Assembly: GCF_009914755.1 (NCBI RefSeq)
Contig: NC_060931.1
Length of the DNA: 64,000 nt
DNA from: the human T2T-CHM13v2.0 reference genome, Homo sapiens
Strand: one strand, 5' to 3'
A program made the position numbers and the translations under genes. Positions 1 through 13,175 of this stretch are shown one piece after another. Position 1 is the stretch's first letter, and each line of letters opens with the position of its first letter. Under the pieces are notes generated by a model. The model was not told the origin of the DNA, ran no database searches, and saw only the letters and a list, made by a program, of their open reading frames with translations.

Positions 1-291
1 AAACTCAGCTGTTAATACTTCCAGTAGCTGTAAGAATGAGTGTCTTAGTCATGAAAGGGGTTTTAGGTGGTATAGCAGAATATTAACTCCAGTAACATTT
101 GGGCAAAGACATTAAAGAAATTAGGAAATGAAAAACACAGACATCAGGAGAAAGACAAATCTGAGCCAAGAAAATAATAATTGCAAAGTCTGTGAGGCAG
201 GCACTTGCCTAGTGTATTTGGAGAACTGCAAGGGAATCTGGGTGTCTGGGGTAGAGTGGGTATGGGAAGAGTAGTACACAAGGAAGGTGGA

Positions 292-719
<428 letters not shown>

Positions 720-1054
720 TCACTGAGGGACTCTTAGATTAGGTCAGGACTATGGCTTTTCTCTGTGAGAGACTGAAAACCATTGCAGGGTTTTGAGGAG
801 TGGAGTAAACTGATATGAACATGTTGAAGATATACTGAAGTGATCTAGGGCAGAAATAGAAAAATTAGAAAAAATTTGCAATAATCCAGGTGAAGGCAAC
901 ATGATGTAGGCTAGATGATCACGATGTTAAGAAATGGTGAGATTTTTGGTACATTTGACAGGTAGAACTGGCAGGATTTGCTAAAAGATGTGATGTGGGG
1001 TTTGAGCAAAAGAAAGGAGCCTGAGTAATTGTAAGGAAGAATGTGCTATATATT

Positions 1055-2630
1055 GGGGTGGAAGGAGGCTAGATAGCAGCAAGATGGTGGAGTAGGACTT
1101 CCAGTGCTTACCCCTCTGCAGAATCATCAATTTGAATAACTATCCATGAATGAACATGCCTTCGCAACAGCTAGAGAAACCAGGTAGAAAGGTTACAGCA
1201 CCTGGGTATAGCACAGAAATAAGAAAAGGCACATCAAAGAGATTAGGAAACAGTTTTACATTACTCATTACTACCTCTCTCCTAACCCCAGGCTGCATAG
1301 AGTGGAGAGAGATACCCTCCGCATGGGAGAAGAGAAAAGCAAGCAAAAGGCTTAGCTTTGGACCCCCAAATTAGGCTCATGTCAGTAAAATTTAGCACTG
1401 GCCAGTCCCCCACCGCCATCCAGGCTGGTACCCTCAGACCAAGCCTCCAGGTCCATTCAATCACCAGGCTGATCCCATCAGCCCCAGCACCAGGCCAGTA
1501 CCTGCAGTCCTAGTTGTAACCTGCTATACGGTCTCCAGGCCTCCCTAGCATCAGGTCTCGCCCTGTAGCCTCAAGCTCCAGGCCCACCTCAGCCTCCATA
1601 CCAACCCAGAACAAAGTCAGCTCACATAGCTCCAGGTTTCAGGCCCACTTCAGGGCCAGGTTGACTTGACACCCCCGGTTGGTCTCAGTCACCAGGCCAG
1701 CACTCATAGGCTCCAGGCCTGCCCAGTGCCAGGCCAGCTCCTGTAGCCCCACCCTCCAGGCTAGCCCCTGTGGCCCCACGTTCAAGCAAACCTAAGGTTT
1801 AGGCCTGTTCCAGTAGGTATTAGCACTGAGCTGGCTCCCAGGAAGTCAGGCTCTAAGACTACCCCTGTAGTCCCAGATTTCAGGCCACTCTCACAACCCC
1901 AGACCCAGGCAAGCCATCACAAACCTAGCCTCCAGGCCAGTACCCACACAGCCACCTTCCAATCTGGCCCTCACAGGTCTAGCTCCAGACAGGTCTCAAA
2001 GGCCCCAGACTCGAGGCTGGCACTCATGGTCTCAGGCCTCCAACTGGCCTCTATCAACTCAGACTGTATACCCGCCCCAGCACCAGGCTGGCCTCAGGTT
2101 CCAGTGGATCCAATGTCCAGACCTGCTCCAGTAGACCAAGGATCTGGTCCACCCCACTAGACTCTAGGGTCAGGCCAGCCCCCATGGACTGAACTTCCAT
2201 GACCACCCTTACAGAGCCAGCCTCCAAGCCAGCCCCTGTGGATTCAGGCTCATGTCTTACCCTGGTGCCAGGTCAGCCCCTGTAAACCCAGGCTTCAGGC
2301 CAATCTCCGTAGAACCTGGCAGGCCCACTCACCTGCTGAACCAATCAACTAAGATTCCAGCAGTAAGCCTGACCACAGACTACATACTACATGACTTCCC
2401 CAGAATCTCTGGATAGGATCACTGGTGAAGGATTTTCCCAGACAAAGCCAGTCTGCAAAGACTAAAAATGTTCCTACTTCTTCAAATATGCAGACACCAA
2501 TGCACAGACACAAGGATCGAGAAAAATCAGGGAAACATGGCACAAACGAACAAAAGAAATCACCAGTAACTAACCCTAAAGACATAGATATTTATGTCTA
2601 TGTCTACCGCCTTAAAGAAATTCAAAACAA
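1055..2630 (+). mobile_element. Old L1M 5' UTR plus start of ORF1, lacking the 3' portion
   Basis: aagatggtggagtagga start, C-rich degenerate repeats, then L1M ORF1-start-like sequence (aatcagggaaacatgg...caccagtaactaaccctaaaga). Confidence 0.7.
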
Positions 2631-2632
2631 TT

Positions 2633-3340
2633 GAGATGGGAAAGACTGTAGCGAGCAGATTTGGAGGAGAAAAACTGCTATAGTTTGAACGTGTCCCCCA
2701 AAAGTCTATGTATTGGAAACAATCCCTCTGCTTCCAAAACAAGCTCTCTCTGGCTCCCTTGCTCTTATTCTCTCACATGTGATGCTATCTGCCATGTTAT
2801 CATGCAGCAAGAAGGCTCTCACCAGACGTTGATGCCATGCTCTTGGAATTTCTGGTTTGAGAATCACGAGCTAAATAAACATATTTTCTTTTTAAATTAC
2901 TTGGTTTGTGGTATTCAGTTATAGCAACAGACAGTGGACTAAGGCAGAAAATCAAGACCTCAATTTTGAATATAATATGTTTGAAATAATTACTAGCCAA
3001 ATTAAGTGTTCAAGCAGGCCATCTCACATATGAGACTAGAGTTCGGAATCATGGCTAGAATGTAATTTTGGAGTCATCAGCAATTGATGGACTTTAAAAC
3101 TACAAAAGGAGCTGAGATAATCAAGAGATTATGTAAAACTAGAAAAGAAAAGAATTCCAAAGACTGTGTCCAAGATAACTTAAAGGAGCTTAAGAAGTTG
3201 CAGCTAATATGAATATTAAAAAGTCAGGAGAATGTACTCTTTTCCTAGAAGCCAAGTAATGAAAAGGTTTTAAGAGAAGGGAGTGATTCAGTCTGTCAAA
3301 TACTGGTGAATGGACAATTAAAAAATATATTGAAAATTAA
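2633..3340 (-). mobile_element. L2 relic, part 2 (interrupted by a MaLR LTR)
   Basis: gagatgggaaagactg...aaaatcaagacctcaattttg continues the antisense L2 from ~1054. Confidence 0.65.
2676..2946 (+). mobile_element. MaLR solo LTR (MSTD/MLT1A-like), internally deleted
   Basis: tgctatagtttgaac start, ggactaaggca end, ctaaataaac poly(A)-signal region. Confidence 0.8.
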
Positions 3341-3654
3341 TTCTTGAAACCAGCCAGACCTATAACATTTTCAGCTGGAGTATCACTTGAGGGACATGTA
3401 CTACATTTCAAAATATTTGTTATTAATCAAGCTAACAGACTATTAATGAAATATATTTTTTCCTCTTACTTAGAAAAAGTAACTTCATAATGCTGTAAAG
3501 AGCCATGCTGAAATTTAGCACTCTTTGACTTTTAGAGCTCTATGCTGAAGTGTGGAACTGCAAAAATCCTGGCCCATTCTTCCCCCATAGGAATTGCTAA
3601 CAGCAGCTGTTTGCAGGAGATTAGCAAACTTGCTTGTATAAGAGTTCCATCATG

Positions 3655-3905
3655 GCAAAGCACAGAATTGATAGGAGGAGAAAGGGGCTCTTGGCCTACT
3701 GTTTGAGCTGGAACATCAGTCTTTTCCTGCTCTCAGTAATCCTAGTTCTTAGACCTTCAGACTCTGTCAAGAATCTACATCATTGGCTTTCTGGTTCTCA
3801 TGCCTACAGACTACGTCAACAGTTTTTCTGGGTCTCCTCCTTGCAGGCAACAGATTGTAGGGCTTCTTAGTCTCCAGAATTGAGTGACTCAATACTCAAC
3901 AATAC
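3655..3905 (+). mobile_element. MLT2-like (ERVL) LTR fragment
   Basis: ttgagctggaacatcagtcttttcctgc...ttctgggtctcctccttgcaggcaacagattgtaggg. Confidence 0.6.
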
Positions 3906-4138
3906 ATCTAAGAACTTATGTCAATGTATTTAAATTATGTATATATACATTTATCACCCATACTAATTAATAAACTGTAGAGTTTGGAACCAGAAAAATC
4001 TGAATTGTACTCCTGGTTACATCATTAGTTATAAGTGGCTTAGTGAATACTAGCACCATGCTATGCTTCAAATGTGCCACCACCTGAATTCAGGTTTGGC
4101 CAATGGGATAGTATTAAGAGGCAGGTCCTTTATGAGGT

Positions 4139-6438
4139 TGATATGGTTTGGCTTAGTGTCCCCACCCAAATCTCATTTTGTAGCTCCCATAATTCCCACG
4201 TGTTGTAGGAGGGACCCAGTGGGAGATGATTGAATCATGGGGTTGGGTCTTCCCCATGCCGTTCTCGTAATTGTTGATGGGTCTCATGAGATCCGATGGT
4301 TTTAAAAACCGGAGTCTCCCTGTACAAACTCTCCTTTGCTTGCTGCCATCCACGTAAGATGTGACTTGTTTCTCCTTGCCTTCCACTATGACTGTGAGGC
4401 CTTCCCAGCCATGTGGAACTGTGAGTCCAATTAAACTTCTTTCTTTTGTAAATTACGAGGTCTCAGGTATGTCTTTATCAGCAGTGTGAAAATAGACTAA
4501 TACAGTAAGTTGGTACCAGTAGAGTGGGGTGTTGCTGAAAAAAAGACACCCAAAAATGTGGAAGTGTCTTTGGAACTGGGTAACAGGCAGAGGTTGGAAG
4601 GGTTTGGGGTGCTCAGAAAAAGACAGGAAAATGTAGGAAAGTTTGGAATTTCCTAGAGACTTGTTGAATGACTTTGCCCAAAATGTTGATAGTGATATGG
4701 ACAATAAAGTGCAGGCTGAGGGAGTCTCAGATGGAGATGAGAAACTTGTTGGGAACTGGAGCAAAGGTGACTCTTGTTATGTCTTAGCAAAGAGACTGGT
4801 GGCATTTTGCCCTGGCCCTAGAGATTTGTGGAACTTTGAACTTGAGAGGGATGATTTAGAGTATCTGGTGGAAGAAATTTCTAAGCAGCAATGCATTCAA
4901 GGAGTGACTTCGGTGCTCTTAAAGGCATTCAGTTTTATAAGGGAAGCAGAGCATAAAAGTTTGGAAAATGCGTAGCCTGACAATGCAATAGAAAAGAAAA
5001 TTCCATTTTCTGAGGAGAAATCCAAGCTGGCTACAGAAATCTGCATAAGTAACAAGGAGCCGAATGTTAATCCCCAAGACAATGAGGAAAAGGTCTCCAG
5101 GGAATGTTAGAGGTCTTCACAGCAGCCCCTTCTATCATAGACCCAGAGGCCTAGGAAAAAATATGTGGTTTTGGGGGCCGGACCCAGGGTAGGGTCTCCA
5201 TACTGTGGGCAGCCTAGGGACTTGGTGCCCTGCATCCCAACTGTTCTAGCTGTGGCTGAAAGGGGCCAACATAGAGCTCGGGCCACGGCTTCAGAGGTTG
5301 CAAGCCCCAAACCTTGGCAGCTTCCATGTGGTGTTGAGCCTGCCAGTGCACAGAAGTCAAGAATTGAGGTTTGGGAACCTCCACTCATATTTCAGAAGAT
5401 GTATGAAGATGCCTGGATGCCCAGGGAGAAGTTTTCTGCAGGGGCAGGGCCCTAATGGAGAACCTCTGCTAGGACAGTGCAAAAGGGAAATGTGGGGTCA
5501 GAGACCCCACATGGAGTCCCTACTGGGGCACTGCCTAGTGGAGCTGTGAGAAGAGGACCACCGTCCTCCAGTCCCCAGAGTGGTAGATTCACTGGCAGCT
5601 TGCACCATGTGCCTGGAGGAAGAGCTGCAGACACTCAATGCCAGCCTATGAAAGCAGCTGGGAGGAAGGCTGTACCCTGCAAGCCACAGGGGCAGAGCTG
5701 CCCAAGAGCATGGGAACCTATCTCTTGCATCAGTGTGACCTGGATGTGAGACATGGAGTCAAACGAGATCACTTTGGAGCTTTAAGATGTGACTGCCCCG
5801 CTGGATTTTGGACTGGCAGGGGGCCTGTATCCCCTTTGCTTTGGCCAATTTCTCCCATTTGGAATGTGTGTCTTTACCCAATACCTGTACCCCCACTGTA
5901 TCTAGGAAATAACTAACTTACTTTTGATTGTACAGGCTCATAGGCGGAAGGACTTGCCTTGTCTCAGATAAGATTTTGGACTGTGGACTTTTGAGTTAAT
6001 GCTGAAATGAGTTGAGACTTTGGGCAACTGCTAGGAAGGCGTGATTGGTTTTGAAATGTGAAGATATGAGATTTGGGAGGGGCCAGGGTGGAATGATATG
6101 GTTTGGCTCTGTGTCCCCACCCAAATCTCATCTTGTAGCTCCCATAATTCCCATGTGTTTTGGGAGGGAGCCAATGGCAGACAATTGAATCATGGGGGTG
6201 GGTCTTTCCCATGCTAGTCTCATGATAGTGAATGAGTCTCATGAGATCTTATGGTTTTAAAAACAGGAGTCTCCTTGCACAAGCTCTCTTTTTGCCTAGT
6301 GCCATCCACATAAAATGTGACTTGTTCCCCCTTGTCCTCCCCAGTCATGTGGAACGGTGAGTCCAAGAAACCTCTTTCTTTTGTAAATTGCCAGTCTTGG
6401 GTATGTCTTTATCAGTAGCATGAAAATAGAATAATACA
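4139..6438 (+). mobile_element. Full-length THE1 (THE1A/B-type): 5' LTR 4139-4504, internal 4505-6093, 3' LTR 6094-6438
   Basis: Two LTRs tgatatggtttggc...aataca, typical THE1 internal sequence, 5-bp TSD GAGGT at 4134-4138 and 6861-6865. Confidence 0.95.
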
Positions 6439-6439
6439 G

Positions 6440-6855
6440 TGTTGGGGTGATGAGACCCAACACCAGGTCGTGGGGGCGATGAAGTCCAGCAGAGTCAAAG
6501 GATTGAGAAAAAGACAGTTTGAGAAGTAAAGTGGGACCGGGGGCCATCGCGATTGTGGAGGCTGCGAAGGCCCTTAGCTCTGGGAGCCCACACTATTTAC
6601 TGGTAATCCAACAAAGAAACAGGTTGTAAGAATGTGGAGGTCAAAAGGGCAGGTGCATGATCTACAGCTGTGATGGTTTAGCATTTATATGGAACATGTT
6701 CTGCTACTTGAGATAATGGGAATACAATCGATCTCAGAGCCTAGGAGGGCTAGAAGCAAGGAGCCAGCAAGTCCAGACACATTCCAGAGGACATTATGTC
6801 AGACAGGCAAGCCCTGCCTCAGTATTTTTCCCCAACACTCAGCTTTTCCCCAACA
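6440..6855 (-). mobile_element. HERV-K-class solo LTR (LTR3/HML-6-like)
   Basis: tgttgggg...ccccaaca termini; minus strand starts tgttggggaaaagctgagtgttggg; exact 6-bp TSD ATACAG at 6434-6439 and 6856-6861. Confidence 0.8.
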
Positions 6856-7417
6856 ATACAGAGGTGATTAGGCAATGAGGTCTCCTCTCTGGTAAATGGG
6901 ATTAAGGCCCTTAAAAAAGAGGCTTCATGCACCTTTCACTTTTCCTTCCACCTTCTGCCAAGTGAGGACACAATGGTCCTCCTCTCTAAAGGACGCAGCC
7001 CTCACCAAACAACCAAACCTACTGGCACCTTGATCTTGGTCTTGCCAGGCTTCAGAGTTGTGAGAAAATACATTTCTGTTATTTATAATTCCCTGGTGTG
7101 TGGTATTTTGCTATAGCAGCACAAATGGAGTAAGTCAGTCCATTTACATTTGATCCTTTCATGAATTTCTGTAGGCAATAAGATGGAGAGAATATTGTCA
7201 GGAGACATAGTTCATACTTCTGCCAGCAATACTGAGGATGTTTGAATTGCAGGACAACCATATTTGCCAAAAAGTAGTATTAAGAAATTCAGTTACTGGT
7301 TATGATATGGAGAAATGAATGCTCTTAAAATATTTGGTGGAAATCTAAATTGTTTTAGGTAAATTGACTCTGTCAACTTCAATTAATATTGATTTTAACA
7401 TAAAGAAACAAAAATAC

Positions 7418-7935
<518 letters not shown>

Positions 7936-8599
7936 ATCCCTGGATATACTATTTTCTTGGTTATTATGTAATCTTGTGAAAATTTTTACTTTCCTTCCTT
8001 ATAAAATTAGAGACTTACAAAGCTCTTTTGAATATTAGAAACTCTTAGCATGGTTCCTGGAAGACCAATATAGAGCAGCATTTATGATTTTTCCAGTTGA
8101 AGAAAGATACATATCCTGAGATCTGGAGGCAGGAATTTCCACAGACATAGGTGAGATTGAGAGACAGTGTGGTGAATTACCATGAACAGGTCAGTTTGAT
8201 TTGAGAATTGTGTGTGTAGAAGAGCAATAAAAGACAAATACATATTTAAAAACTGATTCAAATAGGATTGTGGCTGGCATCAAATTCCAAGGTAAGGGAT
8301 TATGGTACAGGTTGGAAGGAGCTAATAGATATTTTTGAGTAAGGAAATGGCCAAGTAGAAGCAGCATTTTAAGAAAAAAATATACCTGTGCCATACTATA
8401 TAGGTTGACAGAAAAGAAAATAAAAATAAAGAATCAAGTAAGAGTCCTATTACAATATTTAAAACATTAGAAAATAAGGATGAGAATTAGGGTACTGAAC
8501 TGAATATGGGGAAGTAATTTTAAAATGTCCAAATACTAGAAATAATATCAAGAAAAAGATAATAATAGATGCTTGATGGGAAAAGAACATGGAATGAAA

Positions 8600-8765
8600 A
8601 TTTGGTGCTGTGAAAGGAACACTATTTTTGGAGTCAGAGAGTCTTGGGCTCAAATTGTGTCTTCCCTAGTTTTGTGCCTTTAATCATATACTCAGCTCAT
8701 CTGTAAAACAAAAGTAATCATGCCAGTGAGTTTGCTATGGTCTTGTAATATAATAAAATAGTAAG
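8600..8765 (+). mobile_element. MIR relic
   Basis: ttggagtcagaga...ctcatctgtaaaac MIR core. Confidence 0.6.
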
Positions 8766-10218
8766 GCCTCTCTTTTGTTCTAAATTGGGATAATGTTAAC
8801 GTAAATGAACAAGATTGGGGGTAAAGGGAAACACATTTGAAATACAAAATAATAAGACTAACACTTATTTGTTTGATTTGATATGATGGCAGGATCTCCA
8901 TAAGAAAGCATATAATAGGCATTTGAAAATTCATGACTAATACTCAAGGGAGAGATCATTATTTTATTTTAAAAATGAAGTATGTTTTAAGTATGGGGAG
9001 AGAATTAAGGCTCAGATGACACCAAAGTTCAAGGTATATAAATATGGAATTCTTCATCTTTAAGTTCAAACCAAGATGAACTCTATTTAGATCATGGTAA
9101 TAGTTTTTCTAGCTAGCTGCTCTCACTTTTCCTATTCAGTCTCCATAATATGGCTAAGTATATTTTCCTATGCCCCCTTTAAAAACCTCCATAGTTTTGG
9201 AGGTTGACATTCTCATCTCTCTGCTATATGACTCTAATACACCCTCCTCGTCCTATATCTTATCACATTTCTGTTATGTTCTTTGCTGTTCCAGGCAAAA
9301 TCTCCCAGGACTTTTGAATTATTTATCAAAACATACTCTTTGTCCTAAAATGTGAAATGTCATCATAAATCTCATGCATTTTCAGGATATCAGAGTGTAT
9401 TTATTTTAAAATTGAAAATTTGTGCGATGTAAAATAGAACATTCCTTCTAGGTGTGCATGGATCTAGCAGTCAATTAAATTTATATCTTGTTATTTGTTG
9501 AATCAAACAATTTGAGTCAGATGCAAAATATGTAAGAATCAGATTGACCTTCCTTTGTTTTAGCTTCAAGAAGTAGTGCAAACCCAACCTTTTCCTATAA
9601 TGGGCAACAATGAACCATTGGGAGAATGTAGAGAAAGTCTTTGTTATCTTCCATGGAGTTTGCTTAGTATGGGCAACTGACATTACTGCACAACAATTGG
9701 CTTTTATTTTACCTAAAACCAATCCCTTTAAAGAGAGAGTTACCTTAATGTGAAGTGAGCAAAATCATTATTTGCATCATTCTACCTTACTTTTAAGAGT
9801 TCATTTCTTCTCTCTCGGCACATTCCTTCTTAAAACTCAGAGGCCTCCCAGAACTTCCCATTTTCAAAATACACTTCATCGAAACTCTTCCACTAGACAA
9901 AGCACCATAACTCAGACCTATTCTATATCTGAAGAAGGAAGTTATCAAAGCTTTCTTAGTAAGCATAATGGGGTGATAGACAGAACTTTCTGGGCTTAAG
10001 TTTTCTTAACTACACATGATGATATCAAAATCTATTGTCACAAGTGAGTGAACTGGCACATGGCAGTTGTTCAAAATTTTATTCTTCCTTGTCCTGTGAC
10101 AAAAAGAGTTGTCCCGATAGCACCTGCCTACATAATTAATGATGATTATATCTCCAACACAGTTCTTTTATATTGCGTAGCCTAATGACAGGTTTGTTAG
10201 ACTTTCCCATCAGTATCC

Positions 10219-10595
10219 TGTTATGGATGCTGTGCCCAGCCAGACAAGACTGGACTTACCCTCCCTAGTTGCTAGAATGCTAACAGCAGAGAGTTGTCAT
10301 TTCTCTCTAGAAATTTCTCTCGGCCAAAAATGTCTACCTTACCCATGGTCACACACTTCTATGAGGGATAGCCTATGTCTAATGACCGGTGCCTCAAATT
10401 GGGATAAATCTGAAGGCTCATCCCAGCTTCAGAGCTCAGTGTGGAGTTGGCTGAGACTTTGTTACTACTGCACTGAAGCCCATTTGCAGCCCTTCTCTGT
10501 GTAATTCTGCCACTGTCACTTCCCCAACAGGTGTTGACCCTAAGCTTCCTTCATGTTAGCTTGTTTTAGAGTCAGCTTCCCACAGAACCACATCA
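10219..10595 (+). mobile_element. LTR16-like (ERVL) solo LTR
   Basis: tgttatggatgctgtg start; aggtgttgaccctaag...agagtcagcttccc end. Confidence 0.6.
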
Positions 10596-11573
10596 GAAAC
10601 ATACTTTAAGCCAAGTATGTCCAAAGCAGACAACCACCACCACCACCACTACCACCTCCAGCAAACCTGTTCACACCGCATTTTATGAGTTAAATTGTAC
10701 TGTCTTTGACTCAATTGCCCAATGTATCCTATTCATTTTCACTTTGTTCCCACATTCAAGGAAACAGTCTTTCCATTTTTAACTCTATAATTTCTCTCCA
10801 GCCTAAGGCTCATTTCCATTCATATTTCTCCTGCTTTTGTTCAGACAGTTCATCCCTGACTTACTCTAGTAACATATTAACTGGTTTCATATTTTCTTAT
10901 ACTTCCTGTTCAGTATGTTTAAAATATATTATTATCGATTCACATGGAGTATTTAACACACAGTGATTTCACCAAAGCCACATGGACACACTTGTGATTT
11001 ACAATAATTTTGAGGACAGATTATTAGATTGTCTGTTCAAAGGATCACCATTTCCTCCACACACACAAAAATTAAGGTATTGAGAAATATAAACTTTTAA
11101 ATAACCTTAGATAAATTCCCCAATGATGTTGTATTCCCAGAAACCAAAGTCATTTGTGTTGTTATTATTCTTTCCACTCGGCAGTGAATGGGTTAAAGAT
11201 CACTTTCTAAAAGCAAGTCTTGCTAAAAATTAGAGCAGAAGGCCATGAGGACTTAGAAGCATGTAAAGGATATGGAAAGGAGGACACCAAATGGGAGCAA
11301 TTGGGCAGAAAAATAAACTGGTGTCATAACTGACAACAGTAAATGTCCAGTTTATTGAGAAGTGGCCTTCCTACCACTCATTTTCTTCTGAAACTAATTG
11401 ATCTTATTTATTGTTACACTCTTCTCATCATCTTCCTTCACTATGACACTCCTTAAGTGTCCTTGGAGAAAAATACATCTATGGTTTTGCTTGCATTAAC
11501 AGTTTTCCAAGTAACTCACAAGTGAAGAATATCATAAGTTAACTGGACATGTTCAGACACATACCTTGGGGAA

Positions 11574-11574
<1 letters not shown>

Positions 11575-11613
<39 letters not shown>
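11575..11613 (+). repeat. (CA)n microsatellite, ~19 units
   Basis: Read directly. Confidence 0.97.
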
Positions 11614-11615
<2 letters not shown>

Positions 11616-11859
11616 CATTCATGCAGGCTGCAATATCGAAAGCTTGCTTGACTTGGCTACTCAATTTAATCAGCAGCAGTTTGCCTTATTACTTATTGCA
11701 TTATCCACCTCTTGCCTAACTTCCAGTCTCTTTTCAGGTCACCATCCCAGAGCTTCTTGTAGAGTTGGCTGAGACCTTGTTAGAATTCTCCATACGTATC
11801 CTGTTGTGACACTAACAGGAAGTTCTAACACCACACTCCCTCTCTAGTCACACTAAGCA

Positions 11860-12262
11860 TCTTAACCTCACAGATATACATTTTTTCTCTGCCCTCTAGG
11901 ATACTGCACAAACTGTTCCCTATGCCTTGTACTTCCTCACTGCCTTAAACTCCCCCAATTTGGACAGCTCTTTCTAATCTTTCAAGTGGCAACTTTGACG
12001 TCTTATCCTCTTAAAACAAAAATTTTAAAACCCTCTCTACTACCCTAGACTAGATCAAATATTCTGTTATGTTTTCCCCTAAAACTCTTGGCTTACCATG
12101 CTAATAACATTCATTAATACATATAATTGAGTAATTTCGTTTTTAACTCTTCAAACTTAGGCTCCAAAAGGACTAGAAATGTTATTCACCATTGTAGTGG
12201 TGGATCTTGACATAATGCCTGACATATCAGAGACATTCAAAATTTTTTGAAAGAATGAGTGG
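11860..12262 (+). mobile_element. L2 3' relic
   Basis: Pyrimidine-rich body, ttattcaccattgtag...ataatgcctgacatat...gaatgagt end. Confidence 0.55.
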
Positions 12263-12502
12263 TTTCTGTATTGAAATGAGTATTCTTTTTGCTCTCTTGA
12301 AAAAATAAAATTGTTGCTTTGAATGTGGTTAAACATAGTTCTAAGATATGAACATTAATTTTTTGGAATGTTTTTCTCTTGAAATTATTGATTTAATAGA
12401 ATTGTATGGCTCTGCATCTGTCAAAATAGAACCAGTCATACTTGCATTAACAAACAATGCCAAAACTCAGTGACTTGAAATAATGATTTATTTCTTGCTC
12501 AC

Positions 12503-13175
<673 letters not shown>

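Larger units (their letters stand above)
4059..7137 (+). mobile_element. MST-type MaLR LTR split into 4059-4138 and ~6861-7137 by THE1 and LTR3 insertions
   Basis: tgctatg start; sequence resumes at gaggtgattaggcaatgagg and ends ggagtaagtca. Confidence 0.8.

Noticed and set aside
4643-5916. THE1 internal ORFs, with similar peptides at 18159-18951
   Set aside because: Broken remnants of the MaLR internal ORF. The similarity reflects two copies of the same element, not a gene duplication.
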